The notes: generated by a model not told the origin, from the sequence alone. A stretch of DNA of 64,000 bases from the human T2T-CHM13v2.0 reference genome, Homo sapiens (GCF_009914755.1 NC_060928.1); one strand, 5' to 3'. Shown: positions 19,050-33,273, numbered from the stretch's first letter. Made by a program: numbers and translations.

Positions 19050-19780
19050 TCATTTACATGGAGCTTGCTAAAAATATCCTGTATGATTAACATGCAATTA
19101 AATTTATAATGTTAATTAAAAATTAGCATCTGCTAGAACAGAATTCATATTTAAGGTCTTTTTTATATTAAATGTAACAATTTGGTCTTGAACACGTTCC
19201 TAAATTTTTCAAGTTCTTAATTGTAAAAAGGCAACCCAATACCATTTTATCTCAGTGGTTTTTGCTAAGGACTAAAAAACAACTTAAAACATTTTGTGTT
19301 ATGTAAAAACTAATTCACTCAAGTAGCTATGCTCATTTTTTTAGTTAGAAAAGCAGTAATTTCATAATAAATAAGTGCCAGTTATAGTCAGAAGAAACAA
19401 TAACCTGAGGGAAAGAGGAAGAGATGGAAGAATTGTAACGTGTTCTATGTCCTTGTCTGTTGCTAAATGCTGGTTCTATGGGTAGGGCCCAGGGCTTCAT
19501 CTGAGTGCAGGCTACAATAGGTTTAATACTGATATCAGTTTGGGGCCTGTGTGTGTATGTTCCCAGTCTAGGATTTCCTAATTCTTCTCATGAGAGGACT
19601 CCCTTTTAATTTAAAAGGATTATTTTTTGCAAGACTCTTCTTCCCCATTTAACGGCGCTTATATGTTTGTTATATATCAATGAAAAAACACATGCCACAA
19701 AGCGTTTATGAATTCAGTATCAATTTAAAATGAATACATGTTACTAATTACAATAGAGACTTAATGTATGTTTAAAATAG

Positions 19781-19788
<8 letters not shown>

Positions 19789-19820
<32 letters not shown>
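19789..19820. repeat. (TG)16 microsatellite
   Basis: Direct reading. Confidence 0.95.
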
Positions 19821-19822
<2 letters not shown>

Positions 19823-21126
19823 TGCGCTTTAGTCTATAGATAATTCGATTTACCAACCCCTTGGAAAGGAATCCCAGTACATCTCAAACTGGGAATTGCT
19901 GACATTGCTGATGTATTAAAGTGACTTCCTAATTGGAAAATTCTAAATGACCCGGTTATTTTCTTCCCAAACCATTCTATCTTTAAATAAGCTTTGTGCC
20001 TTTAAGAGGAATTATGATTATACCGCATACTATGTATATATATTTAAATGAACAATTAATGAAAATTGTTCCCAATTATTTAAAAAAAAAAAGAAGAAGA
20101 AGAATACTATTTTGCGGAGGCAGTGCGTGCAAATCCTCTGATGTGTCATGGTGGAGTCATTCTCAAAATCTAATGGCTAGAAAATTGAGTAAACATAGAA
20201 CTAATAAAGAAAAGATTTCTTCACATCATATAAAATCAGCCTACAAAAGAGTACATTGCTGTGGAAAATTTTGAGACAAGCACAAGGATTTTTTTTCACA
20301 GTGATGATATCTCATGCTTGCAGGCATTAGTTACAAAGTTAAAAAATTCCTCTTCACATATCAATACCATAGAAGTGACTGTTGCCAATTATTGTCAGCA
20401 TGACCCCATTCTCCCCATCACATCCCCACCATCTTTCTTTTCAGCATAAAACACACTATATTTAAAGAAACAAGCCATTAATCAGGATTAAAAACTCTTC
20501 CTCTCACTCTTTGCAAGTACCTGATAGAAAATGCTCCCAGTTGACATTCCATTCGTTTGAATTCTGCTTCCATTCCTCAAAAACACTGGGACTATTTTTT
20601 TTTCCAGATCCAATTTGTAGGACAAAAGCCATTATATAACCATAAAAGTCACTTTACCTCTTTCTAATTTATGAAACTTGTGATCTCTACCAATGCTCCA
20701 TAAAACTATAACCCATTTCTAATATCATTTTCCTTGGTTCCATTTCTTCTTTTCCAAAATAAGCTATTAAGTGAGAAGTCACTCAATGCCTGCTTTCTTG
20801 ATAGATTTGGAAGCTAGACTTAGGAACCCAGCCTACCTCTATCCTACTGTTCATTGATTCATTTAACTTACAAATATTGACCAACTACCAAGTACCACCA
20901 TCTTAAGCATCAACGTTTGCATATAATGGTAGGTATTTTTAGTGAGCACTAACTCGGTACTAGGCACTCTACTAAGCACTTTCATTATTTTCCTATGCGC
21001 TGGATACTATTATTATCCCTGTTTTACGTATGAGGAAATTGAGACAGATTAAATAACTTGTCCAGGAATTCACACACAGACAGTTTAAATCTTAACCCCT
21101 GATAACATGATGAAGTATTTGTTTCT

Positions 21127-21432
21127 TTTTTTTTTTTTTTTTTTTTTTTTTTTGAGACGGAGTTTCGCTCTGTCGCCCAGGCTGGAGTGCAGTGGCGCGA
21201 TCTCGACTCACTGCAAGCTCCGCCTCCGGGTTCACGCCATTCTCCTGCCTCAGCCTCCCGTGTAGCTGGGACTACAGGCGCGTGCCACCATGCCCGGCTA
21301 ATTTTTGTATTTTTAGTAGAGACGGGGTTTCACCGTGTTAGCCAGGATGGTCTCGATCTCCTGACCTCGTGATCCGCTCGTCTCGGCCTCCCAAAGTGCT
21401 GGGATTACAGGCGTGAGCCACCGCGCCCGGCC
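21127..21432 (-). mobile_element. Young AluY (AluYg6-like)
   Basis: CpG-rich, pure poly(T) tail, perfect 15-bp TSD GAAGTATTTGTTTCT (21112-21126, 21433-21447); Yg6-type diagnostic bases. Confidence 0.9.
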
Positions 21433-22539
21433 GAAGTATTTGTTTCTAACAAGAGCATTCTGGACATTAAAGGGCCTTAGAGTATGAGAGAAAAAAGCCA
21501 GAAAAAAAAAAGGAATAGTAATAATAATTTTTTAAAAAGTAGAAATAAAAAGGTAAGGAGTTAACATCCATTAGATTCCATTTTCTATTCAAATATGTAT
21601 ATTTACATACAGTACTGCTGAATTGACTCACAGTTCTTAGGTCCTATAGAGGAGTGCAGTGAAAAGGAAGACAATTTACACAGTACAGAGCTGAACATAG
21701 GACTTACAAACAAAAAAAAAGTCAAGGAATACAAAGTAGCTTTCCCAGGTGTAAAGTACCGGGTCTAGAATTCTATGAGGCTAGGGAGAAGATAAACGAC
21801 AAAAGCTATAAGAGATCAGAATGAAAAGAGATCCACAAGCCTAAGAAGCCCAGGCCCTTGAGGAGAACCATGAATTTGAGCAGGATTTCACTAATTCCTT
21901 TAAAAAGTAGCCATTGCCTCAAAGTACGACTCCATCAGCATAGGCAGGAAAGTGGGAGTGAGGAAAGGCTTAGAGTTTTCCAGCCTGGCTGGGGTCAGAC
22001 AATTTGCCTGGGGAAATAGTGGGAGCTGAGGTTGAAAAGACCGATTGGCTTCACGTTTGTGGCAGGCCTTGTCCAAAAAGCAATAGGAAGTCGTTGAAAG
22101 GTTTTGTGCAGGGGAGCGACAGGATTAAGGCACTACTTAGTAGGAAGTCATATCAAAAGCAGCAACCTGACAAATGGCAAATACGACAGAAGGAAAAAAA
22201 ATAACAGGAATTTTCTTCACAATGACTCGACTTTGAGGTAATAAATGCCTGAGCCACATTGGAAGCAGGGGTCTCAGAAGGAAGGCGCAGATGGGAAAGG
22301 CTTTTCTGGGCGGTGGCGTTTCAATGCAAGGAGGGCGCTTGAATCACTGACAGACTTCAAGTTAAGGGAGTTTTCGTGGCTGAGGTTAGTAAGTCACACG
22401 CACAGCTCTCCAAAGGCATGTATGGGGAACGCCAGCCTTGGCTAAAAGACTGATTCAAGTTATGTCCGTCACCCTGAGCAACCAAAACCACCCACTACAG
22501 GGCAGGTGACCCCACAAAGCAAACCAAGCCATCTGGTCC

Positions 22540-22795
22540 ACGCTCCCCACCTCCCGGAGGGAGATGGAAAAGTTTCGGGAGTAGTCCCCGGCCAATCGGA
22601 AAGACATTTTTTCATTCCTCAACCACTACTCTCAGGTGCTCCAGGGAGGGAGGATGACTTCCTGACGGTCCTCCTGCCGCTCCTCCCTCGGGCCAATTAT
22701 GAAACTCTGGGCACTCTTGACCTCACCCCGTTAGGGCCCGGGAGGGGCTCCCTAGTATAAAGTTCGCAGCACCAGACAGTTGAGCTCACTTGCCT
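22540..22795 (+). promoter_or_regulatory. EREG: EREG core/proximal promoter
   Basis: TATAAAG 22756-22762, Inr-like TCACTT 22786-22791, CCAAT at 22592 and 22693, ETS-like ACTTCCTG abutting TGACG near 22658, GC-rich boxes; start of the CpG-rich zone that covers exon 1. Confidence 0.8.
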
Positions 22796-22951
22796 GATAT
22801 TTCCAGTGTCAGAGGGACACAGCCAACGTGGGGTCCCTTCTAGGCTGACAGCCGCTCTCCAGCCACTGCCGCGAGCCCGTCTGCTCCCGCCCTGCCCGTG
22901 CACTCTCCGCAGCCGCCCTCCGCCAAGCCCCAGCGCCCGCTCCCATCGCCG
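22788..22951 (+). other. EREG: EREG 5'UTR (approximate TSS), GC-rich, no upstream ATG
   Basis: Lies between the Inr and the first ATG; no ATG found on reading. Confidence 0.75.
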
Positions 22952-23018
22952 ATGACCGCGGGGAGGAGGATGGAGATGCTCTGTGCCGGCAGGGTCCCTG
23001 CGCTGCTGCTCTGCCTGG
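22952..23018 (+). CDS. EREG: Epiregulin coding exon 1 (signal peptide start, MTAGRRMEMLCAGRVPALLLCL-G)
   Basis: ATG at 22952, 67 nt, followed by GTAAGT donor at 23019; peptide recognised as the proepiregulin N-terminus. Confidence 0.97.
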
Positions 23019-26000
23019 GTAAGTTCTCCCCCTCTGGCTTCCGGCCGCCCCAAAGAGGAGACAAATAAGGAAGGCTCCTGTGCATTTGTCATTCGACAAG
23101 TACGGAGTTGTCTCCAGGTTCAAGTGTGCTCTATTTAAAATTACGTCTTGTTTTGTGAGTCTGTCTTCCGCTATGGTGGGACTGGGGTGGGGGGGACTGG
23201 GGATCGATGTTAAAATGCTTTTTATTGGTGAATTAATTATTGGCATATATGTTATGCATGGATTGAAATATCTCCTTATTAAACAAAATAAAAAGTTGTT
23301 GAAAAAGCTTTTTTTTTTTTTTTTGAAAAGTTGCCAGTCCTAGAAATCTAAAGGCCTGGAACGCACTGTTAACATTTCATGTCTTGTTCCTTTTTGTTGG
23401 AGAGTGGGGAATAGAAACTAGCGTAAGAAATTTTTTGGAGGGGGGAAAAAGCTTTTCTCCTCTGTCTTGCGCTCAGTTTTCTAAAACCTAGCCTGGTTTA
23501 GCTTTCCCGGAGGAGCTGGTATGCGCCAGTGCCAGTTGGCTGAGCTCCAGACACAAGAGAAATAAAACACTGGTCGAGGGTATCTGGAGCAGAAGGGCCC
23601 TGGGCAGGTCCTGGCGCTCCCCACCGCCCTTCGCCCCTACACCTGCTGCTTGCGTTTTTCCCTGCAGCCTCCCAAGCAGCCTCTGGAGCAAGCGTTCTGC
23701 ACTTGCTGCTAATTGCACTCCATAGCCTGTGATCGCTGAGGGTATTTAAATGCCAGTCTTCCTATTTGAGATGATTTAGTTCAAGGGGAAAATTTTTCTA
23801 AATAGCCTTTCTGTTAAAAAAAAATTACTTCTTTCCAATTCCTTAAACTTCAGTTTAAGGAATTTGAAAGAGTTTGAAGTCGTATATGAATATCTTAATA
23901 AAAAAATAAAAGTTACCACCAGTCTCATATTCTCCCTGGAGTTGGAATGAGGCTGATTCCCCAGACACTCTAACTCTACCTGTGAAGGATGTGACTGTTA
24001 AATTATTATTTTGGCACACCTTATCTCAGGGGTTGAGAGACCTAATGAAATGCATACTATGCATAATTGAAACTTACAAGTCTAAGTCCAGGAACACAAG
24101 TGGAAACTAGATATGTGGTTTCTGCCAAAACTGAGCTAAGAAAGACTTGCTAGAAGATTCTCAGTAAACAATGTGGCTTTGCTGTCTTTGTTTTGAAAAG
24201 AATTAAATTAGAAAGGTGACAGTCTTCCTAGAGTTAGAAATTAACCTCGAGGTCAGAATAACTTAGCACTTATTATTTTCCCCACATGTAAGGTTGCATC
24301 TGAACAATGCACATGTCTGTTCTGGGTGTTTCATTGAATATTCTAATTTGAGACAGCAAGAGCCTGTGAATAACCTGGTTACTACCCACTAGTGTGTGTG
24401 TTGTGTGTGTGTTTGTTGTCATGAAAGTGCTTACCTCCTTCATTGCATTACTTAATTATAGTTCATCTATTTCGTCAGCTGCCAAGCCCATTTCCAAATG
24501 AGTTAGGTCAGTTTCTGTTTTCCCAGTTTGTTTGGATATTTCTCTGCCACTAGGAAAGTTCCTGTTTCAAGTTCTGTATTATATCTCTAAACTCTATTCA
24601 GTTATGCAGAGCCCATAGCCTTATTTTGGCAAGACCACCTGTTATTTCTGAAATTGCCTTCTTTCCCCCAAACAAAATATTTCCTAAAAATACTTTTCCC
24701 AAATCTTGTCCTTCCCCCAGCAAAAAAGAGCGAGACATTTATTTTAAATTTTAGCATACATGTTATAACTGCTTTATGTAGTTATGACTAGGGAATAAAG
24801 TTCCAGCCTCCACCCTTAACACATACAGATTTAAATTGCTATGCACAATCATTTGGTTACTTTTAAATTTTACACTTGTTTAATATTGAGGCTCTTGTTT
24901 TATAAATTGGGGAACTGTGACCCAAGTTCACATAGAAAAATAGTGACAAAGTGAGAGTCCACACTTGGGCTTGCTAGCATTTTTGGCCTACTGAACATTA
25001 AGTAGAAGAGTTGAAATACCGGATAACATTTTTTTAAATAATCTATAATTTTAGAGCAGAATTTTGTCTTTTTTATCTTGTGATTTTTCTAAAGAGAGGA
25101 GGATAAATTTTTATGTTGAATTCTGCAGTTATGTTCAGGGGCTTTCTATTTAACATCAAACATTTTTATTCATGCCTACATGGGTTTTTGAATATGTTCC
25201 TGAATGACATCTCCAAGATAATTTAGTCGTACTTCATCAATGAGAGAGAATTAAGCAGAAGAAATATTCTTTTTTGAAAATATGAGGAGCATAAATCTCA
25301 ATGAGACAATAGGCTTGTCTTTGATCATTTCTGTTGACTCTGAGAGTTTATGAGTTACCTGAGTCTTGGCACAACCTGAGATGACAAATCTTGTCAGAAA
25401 ACGTGATGACAGGCCTTTCCTGTCTGGATTTTGACCAGGTACCCTCACCACCTTCTGCACAGTCTTGCCATGTGAGCAGCTTGGGTAATTGGGGTGTCTG
25501 ATTCAGCACTAAGACCCAAATCCAGGAGTTGAGAAGAAAACTAACAGTTACTAAATGCCTACTGTGTGGCAGCCATGTTGTGTATTAGGTGCTTTAAATA
25601 CATCATCACCTCTACTTCTTAAAATAACTGTGTGAGGTAGATTTGATTAGCCCAGTGAAGTCAAGTACCTTACAAAGACTCAGAGATAGTAAATGGCCAG
25701 GTCACTCTGTGATAATGAGGAAAGAGCCAATGAGATTCAGGGTTAGCAGGAGCATAATAAACATAGCAGATTCTAATAGAGAAGTTCCAGAGTAGCTGGG
25801 GCTGCTCCAGGGTTCAGACCCTCTCATAGGCACAGCACATGTACAAATGGACTTTCTGACTCTGTGCAAAATCAGGCAAATAAAAGGTGACTATTCTCTT
25901 AAGCTGTGCTAAAATATGTTGAATTTTTACTTAATGTTCATAATTTCTAATCAACACAGTTCCCCTAAGATATGATTTTTATTATGAAGCAGTCATTGAA

Positions 26001-26794
26001 GTCAGTTGACTGGGGCCCTTATTTTTATATTTTCCAAGGTTTACATTAAGTAAAGCAATAAAGAGGGTAACTTATGTCTGTTTTATTCCTTGTATTCTTT
26101 GTATATTATTGTGAATTGGATATAGCATTGATAAGGGATCAACTTGGGATCTATAGCCCATTCCTGTTAACTGTGAGAACGTAAATGTATTTCCTTGGTT
26201 TAAAAAAAATAACAATACTCATATAATCACTTCGGAGAAACTGAATTTGAATGTTTTCTGTCTATTTTTGCAAAAGAATCTCCCATTTCCTGGTTAATGT
26301 TCACGTGAAAGATGCAAATGTCAAGTAAGAAATCCTCTTCAAAGAGAATGTAAATTAAGGTGGGGTTTCCTCATCTGTCAATCTTTACTTTGAGTGTAGG
26401 CCTGTACAAATCATCTAATTAATATGGCTGTAACTGCTGCTGGGAACATTCCATCGGGAGACAATGAGAACACTTCCCAGTGGTGTAATAGAAGAGATCC
26501 TCAGGGAGGAGTAGTCTGACAGCCATTGCCTTGACATGGCAATTCTGGAACCTTTGAAAAAATGAAGTAATGCCACATACTCAGCGTCTTCTGGAGATGC
26601 AGTTTACCTAAGACTGGGTGTTTAGTTATAGGGCACATAAAGGTTGAGTGGCCTTCTAGGTTAAAGTAATGATTTAACTTACTAGGATACTATTTATAAT
26701 ACTCAGGATGATTTGATAATTGTCCAGAAAAAAATGGATTTTTTAATATATCTCATAAGACTCTTAATATATAGGTTTATCCTCCATCTCCTTT

Positions 26795-27190
26795 TTTAAA
26801 AATTTCAGTAGCATTTGGGGTACAATTGGTTTTTTGTTACGTGGGTGAATTCTATAGTGGTGAATTGTGAGATTTTAGTGCGCCTATCACCTGAGTAGTG
26901 TACATTGTACCTAATGTGTAGTTTTTTTTCAATCCCTAGCCCACCTTCCACCCTTCCCCTTCTGAGTCTCTAAAGTCCATTATATCACTCTGTATGCCTT
27001 TGTGTACTCATAGTACATAGTACATAGTACATAGTACTCATAGTACACATAGTACATGTATAAGTGAGAACATATGGTTTTTTGGTTTTCCACTCCTGTG
27101 TTACTTCACTTGGAATAATGGCCTCCAGCTCCATCCAATTTGCTGCGAAAGACATTATTTCATTCCTTTTAATGGCTGAGTAGTATTCCA
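26795..27190 (-). mobile_element. L1MA-type 3' fragment in intron 1
   Basis: Minus-strand ORF2 C-terminal remnant (MEYYSAIKRNEIMSFAANWMELE) and L1 3'UTR. Confidence 0.85.
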
Positions 27191-28254
27191 TAGATATATG
27201 GATGTATTCCATGGAGATATATGTAATATTCAGAAAGAAAAGTATTAAACATTAATCTTTTAGGTTAAAAATTCTCAATTTTAAATTTGAGGCATGAAAG
27301 TGATTGATACGTGCACACACACACACATCTTTATATATGTAAGTTTTATAGTCTTGAACTAAGAGGCATAGTGTATAGTGTATAAAATACAGATTTCATG
27401 CACCAGTTTTTTCTTTCATACTTTCAGAAAGAGTGATTTATCTCTGAGCCACAGTTTTCTCATCCGAAAAAAAAAAGGTTGTCCACAATAACCTTGTCAG
27501 GTAATTGTATGTAGATTTAATGGATAAGATGATACATGAATTCATAGAAAGCACTTTTAAAATTAGAGCTGTCATCATAAAAATGGTTTCTTACAAAAAA
27601 AAAAGCCTCATTTAGTTCTTAGGATGCCTTTTTAGCCCAGAAAGTTGTTATTGTTCCCGTTTTACAAATGAGGAAACAGGAGTACACAGCATGTAAGGCT
27701 TTGGGTTTGAATACGTTTGTATCCTTTACTGTCAATGCCCTCAAGTCACTCTTTACTTTTGGTGAAAGTACTCATCCTTTAAGACTGAAAAAGGAGCCAC
27801 TTCCTTAGGCACTTCTCTGATAAGCCCTGACCCTCCTCCATTGCACCTTTCCCATTCCTTTTGTCCTATGGCCCTGTCACACCACACATCACACTGTAAG
27901 TGTGTGTATAACTCTATCCCTCCTTGCTGGTGCTATAGTCATCTTTTATCATTTCTATTGTGATAGGCTTATATTAAACACAATTAATATTTGCTAGATG
28001 GATGATCACATTGATACTTTATTTGGAGTTATCACCACTATGTTATAGACTCAATTAGCTGCACTTTAAAAATGTATTTAAAAATATTAAAAAAGATATT
28101 TTGAGAAGCAAAATACCTAGAGGTTAAGTAACAGTTTTGGAAAATTCAATTCTGTTGTTGTTTCTGATGAAGTCTAATAAGTTTTCTTCTCTCTCTTTCA
28201 CATTTTTATCTCTTATTATATTATTATATTATTCAGTATTAACTGAAGATATTT

Positions 28255-28325
28255 GTGTGTGTGTGTGTGAGAGAGAGAGAGATAGAGAGAGAGAGACAGA
28301 AAGAGAGGAAGAGAGGAAGAGAGAG
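28255..28325. repeat. Compound (TG)n(AG)n microsatellite
   Basis: Direct reading. Confidence 0.9.
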
Positions 28326-28564
28326 GGGTTACTGAGCTATGATATGACTGAATAAAGTGGCAGTGATATGACTGCCAGTGGCAGAAAGAGAAGCATTGTT
28401 TTAGAAATTAAAGAAACCTTAGAGAAATCTAATCCAAACTTCATTTCACCCTCTACCCCACCTCATTCCTTGTTCTCTGTTTTCAGAGATAAGGCAGCTC
28501 AGTTGCAGGGAAACAAAATAAGTATGTGAGCTAGAACTGGATTCCATTTCTCATGAGTCTAATG

Positions 28565-28826
28565 CAGGGTTTTTCAACCTTGTCTCAGTTGACATTAGGG
28601 ACTAAATAATTCTTTGTTGCAGGGAGGCTGTCCTATGCATTGCAGGGTGTTTAGCAGCAACCCTGGTCTCTACCCACTAGATGTCAGTAGCATCCCCAGT
28701 CGTGACAACCATCATAGTCTCCAGACATTACCATATGGTAGCAATGGTCCCCAGGAGCAATTTTGCCAATGAGGGATACAATTTTGCCAACCTTGGTTGG
28801 CAATTTTGCTCCTGGTTTAGAACCAA
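28565..28826 (+). mobile_element. MER20 hAT-type DNA transposon
   Basis: TGTCCTATGCATTGCAGGGTGTTTAGCAGCA..CTCTACCCACTAGATG core, degenerate TIRs. Confidence 0.8.
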
Positions 28827-30356
28827 TAACATAAAATATACTTTTTTTTAATTGCTGTTACACATTGCCACCCATACTTCACAGTTTGGAAAATTAGTGC
28901 TTGAGTTACCAAGACAAAATTAATTTTAATGATAATCTGGATACAAATATAAAGCCCATTCTCATGTTTAAAAAATCAGCTTGGCAATATTTATTGCTGA
29001 TTTTAGCACCGTTCACATCTAATAATGATGAGTCTTATTTACGATGGAATCATGAATACTGTCTCTGATTATTCCTTTGATAACCACCCTTTACTTCCTT
29101 TTACAACTCTACTCTCTTAGCTCTCAGCAAACTTAATTTTCTTTTTTCTCTAATTTCTTTTTCTCTTTTCTTTGCCACTTCTGTCTGCTCTCTACCACCT
29201 GTTTCTCAAAGTTCTGTTATTTTCCAGTTCATACTGTTTTCCTTGGAACATATAAATGTCTTCCATTCCTTTAAAGGCAGTATCTCCTCATATGACTTTC
29301 AAATAGACTTCTCCTAATCTCCAAATAAATTCTTATTCCTTTACTGTATTCCCAACAGCCTCAAAAATATAAATAGGTAATACCTATAGATAAACATTAA
29401 ACTCAAATATGTTCACTCCCTTCATGCCTTCATGCCCAAATGCCACCACAAGCCTGCTGTCCTGCCTATGTCTCCTCCTTTTTTAATGGCAGCATTCTCT
29501 GTTTTTTTTTTTTCTGACTAGAAACTTGGCATCATCTATAAATTCTCTCCTTTCCTTACCACCCTTAGGTGTCCAACTTCTTTAAGTCTATTTAGGGCAG
29601 GAACAATGTCTTTTGTACCAGTTTTCTTTCCAGTGTTTTGTTCAATATCTTGCATGTAGACAACGCTCAATAGATATTTATTGAGTAAACATTATTTGAC
29701 AAATGTAGTTACTAAAAGCAAGGATGGGGTAAGCTGCCCTCCTTTTTGATGATTGGATTGTAACTAAGCCCATCCCACCAGCTATCATGCTATGGAGGCA
29801 TATGTAGCTCTCACTGAAGTCAAGGTCGCCAATGTCAACTCAAACTATATTTTCATAAACTATATTATCTGAAAGTAGAATTCCTTAGCAGCCTGCAGTG
29901 TGTGAGTTGTATTATGTGGGTTCTCTGAATAAAAAGTAATTAATTTCGAGTCTTTTGAAATCATCTTTAATGGATTCCCTTTCTCTTGTTTTGTGTGCTC
30001 TCACTGATTAAAACTTTATCCTTGCAGATTCATGTTTGGCCATAGGCATCTACAGAGAATACAATATAGTCAATATGCTTCTCAAGATGCCATTAAATAT
30101 CCAGGCTTCCTGCCACAATGTGGCCATAATGAAAAGAAGGCAAATTGCAGACACTTATAGTCCAAACTGTTGCGCCTTCAGGAGATGTTTCTTTTGGAAT
30201 AATAATGTAAGAATAATTTAAGTTGGATTTATAGAAGTGAGAAGCCCGATGGAAGGGAGTCAAGGTAGAAAAGGTTATAAAAAAGCTCTTCTTATGTAAG
30301 ATTGTCTTGAGAAAAAAATATGTTTCCAACAGAAAATTTGAAACAATACTCTATAA

Positions 30357-30725
<369 letters not shown>

Positions 30726-31227
30726 TTGTACTCTTTACATAAGAGTTGGTATGTATTCTCCTGCATTCTGGAAATACTTCCGTTATGAACAAGATATACA
30801 TCTTTAAATTCATATTTAGTGCAAAATAGATAATTCCCTTATATTTTGACTCACTGATTCTTTATTTGACTAGCTTTAAGTATAGCATTGTATGATAATA
30901 TGTAAGCGAAATATATTAGCATTTGAAGTATGATTTAGAAATGACTACCTAAATTGGAAAGTATAACTTAATGCTTATGACTAGAAACACATGGCATATT
31001 AATATTTTTGCTACTTGTCAAGGAAGATTCTATGGCTATTTTTCAAAACTCAAAATTAAAATAATTACTTATTTTTAACCTGTTATATTAACCTTGGGTT
31101 TCATATGTTTTATCTCAAATTGCTATAGACCGTTTTTACCTTAGGTCTTAATGAAGTACAGTTACAAAGCTAACATTAAAAATATATAGGAATAGAATTA
31201 TTACTGGCAGAAGGCAAGGTTAGTTTT

Positions 31228-31401
31228 CTATAGATTTATATATATGTGTGTATATATGTGAGTGTATATATATATTTATATATAAGTAATATATGTATAT
31301 ATGTGTATATATGTGTTCATATATATTTATATATAAGTAATATTTATAAGTATATATGTATGTATATATATAAGTATATACGTGTGCGTATATATATCTA
31401 T

Positions 31402-31432
<31 letters not shown>
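31228..31432. repeat. Degenerate (TA)n/(TG)n/(CA)n low-complexity tract
   Basis: Direct reading. Confidence 0.9.
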
Positions 31433-32042
31433 CTCTCTGAAAAGTAGGTTGCTACTAGAAGGTGCTGACAGTCTTTTCAGTATCTGATGTGATAATGAGT
31501 TTTAGAGTTATTTTGACCAAGGTGAAGCAAGAGCTTATCAAATAGTGGAATTAAATTTAAAACAAAAAGACATCCAAAAACAGTGAAGGCATATTCACTC
31601 CTTAAAAGCACACAAGATCCAACAAGCCTATTACGTTATAGACAAATTCTAAAATCACAGACTGCCATGGAAGATGGTAGAAAATGAACAGTCTGAGTAG
31701 GTTGGCATGTGACCACAGCAAAAGTGTGAACAAAGAGGATTTTGCTATGTGTTTGGGCTGGACAAATGCTATGATTCTGCACAAGTTTGCTTTTCTGGTC
31801 TAAATAGCCTAAAAGGTTAAACTGGGAAAATGAGATGCATTTCTTTTATTCTGTAATCTATCTGATTTTAATTTGGATCATTTTTATTTTCTTGATTGTT
31901 TTCCAGAATAGTCATTTTACCCTAAGATTTGCAATTATTTTGCTGACTTGGCTTGGTCATCCAGTCACCAAATCCTAGCCTCCTCTGTACTGGCCTCCTT
32001 CTGGATGAGCCCTCAGTGCAATCCTTAGGAAGCAAGGTAAAT

Positions 32043-32208
32043 CCAGGCACAATGGCTCAAGCCTGTAATCCTAGCATTTTTGGAGGCCAACATGGGAGGA
32101 TCATTGAGCCCAGGGATTCGAGGCTGCAGTGAGCAGTGATTGCACCACTGCACTCCAGTCTGGGCAAATGAGTAAGAGCCTCGAAAAACAAAATAAATAT
32201 AAATAAAA
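32043..32208 (+). mobile_element. Alu monomer (FRAM/FLAM-like)
   Basis: Single Alu arm with A-rich tail. Confidence 0.75.
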
Positions 32209-32946
32209 ATGAAGCAAGGTCAAAATAAACCGTATGCAATAGGAAGTACATTTTCTACATCTGGCATTTTGTCTGACTGTTGGGCAACCACTTCTTAGTG
32301 CTCCAGGGCCCACGACATTTACTGCTATTGCCATTCCTATGATGGCACTCAACCTCTCCCACGCGCGGTCCCCAATATTGTGTAAGGGTGTAGGCTCGGT
32401 CCTGACTCACAGGGAAGAGGCGATTTGTATCCTCTGAGTCACTGGCACCACTTCCTGCTGGCACATCTGAGATTTCACTGAAACATAATCTGAAAAATGA
32501 AGGCAGAGAGATATATAGGTGAGGTTCACATTCCTAAAACCCATTTGGAAATTTGATAGAAACAATGACCTCTGAATGCATTTCCATTTTTGCAGCTGTA
32601 TTGTAAAAGAAGCGCCAACTGCCAATTTTGAGTTTACAGATCATCTGTGTTATATCACCTGGCAAGAAATTCCTCTGTATCTTAGTTACCAATGCCACCA
32701 GACAAGAAATGCCACCAGATCTGTTTTTTTGACATAGATACTATCTAAAATATTTAGTATCGTAGTGAATTATTTGCTTAGGAAGAATCTACTGTCAAGA
32801 ATGAAAAAGCCAAATATAGTATTTGAGGTCCAATCATAGAGAAATTATGTTCAAACAACACTAAGGTCATGAAAAGCCTGACATTAAGGAAATATATGCA
32901 TGCTTTAGCATTTATTCCCTCCCTGTATGACTCATTAAAGTAATGA

Positions 32947-33273
<327 letters not shown>

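Noticed and set aside
22697-23246. 131-145-aa antisense ORFs over exon 1
   Set aside because: GC-rich CpG island artefact; no recognisable domain
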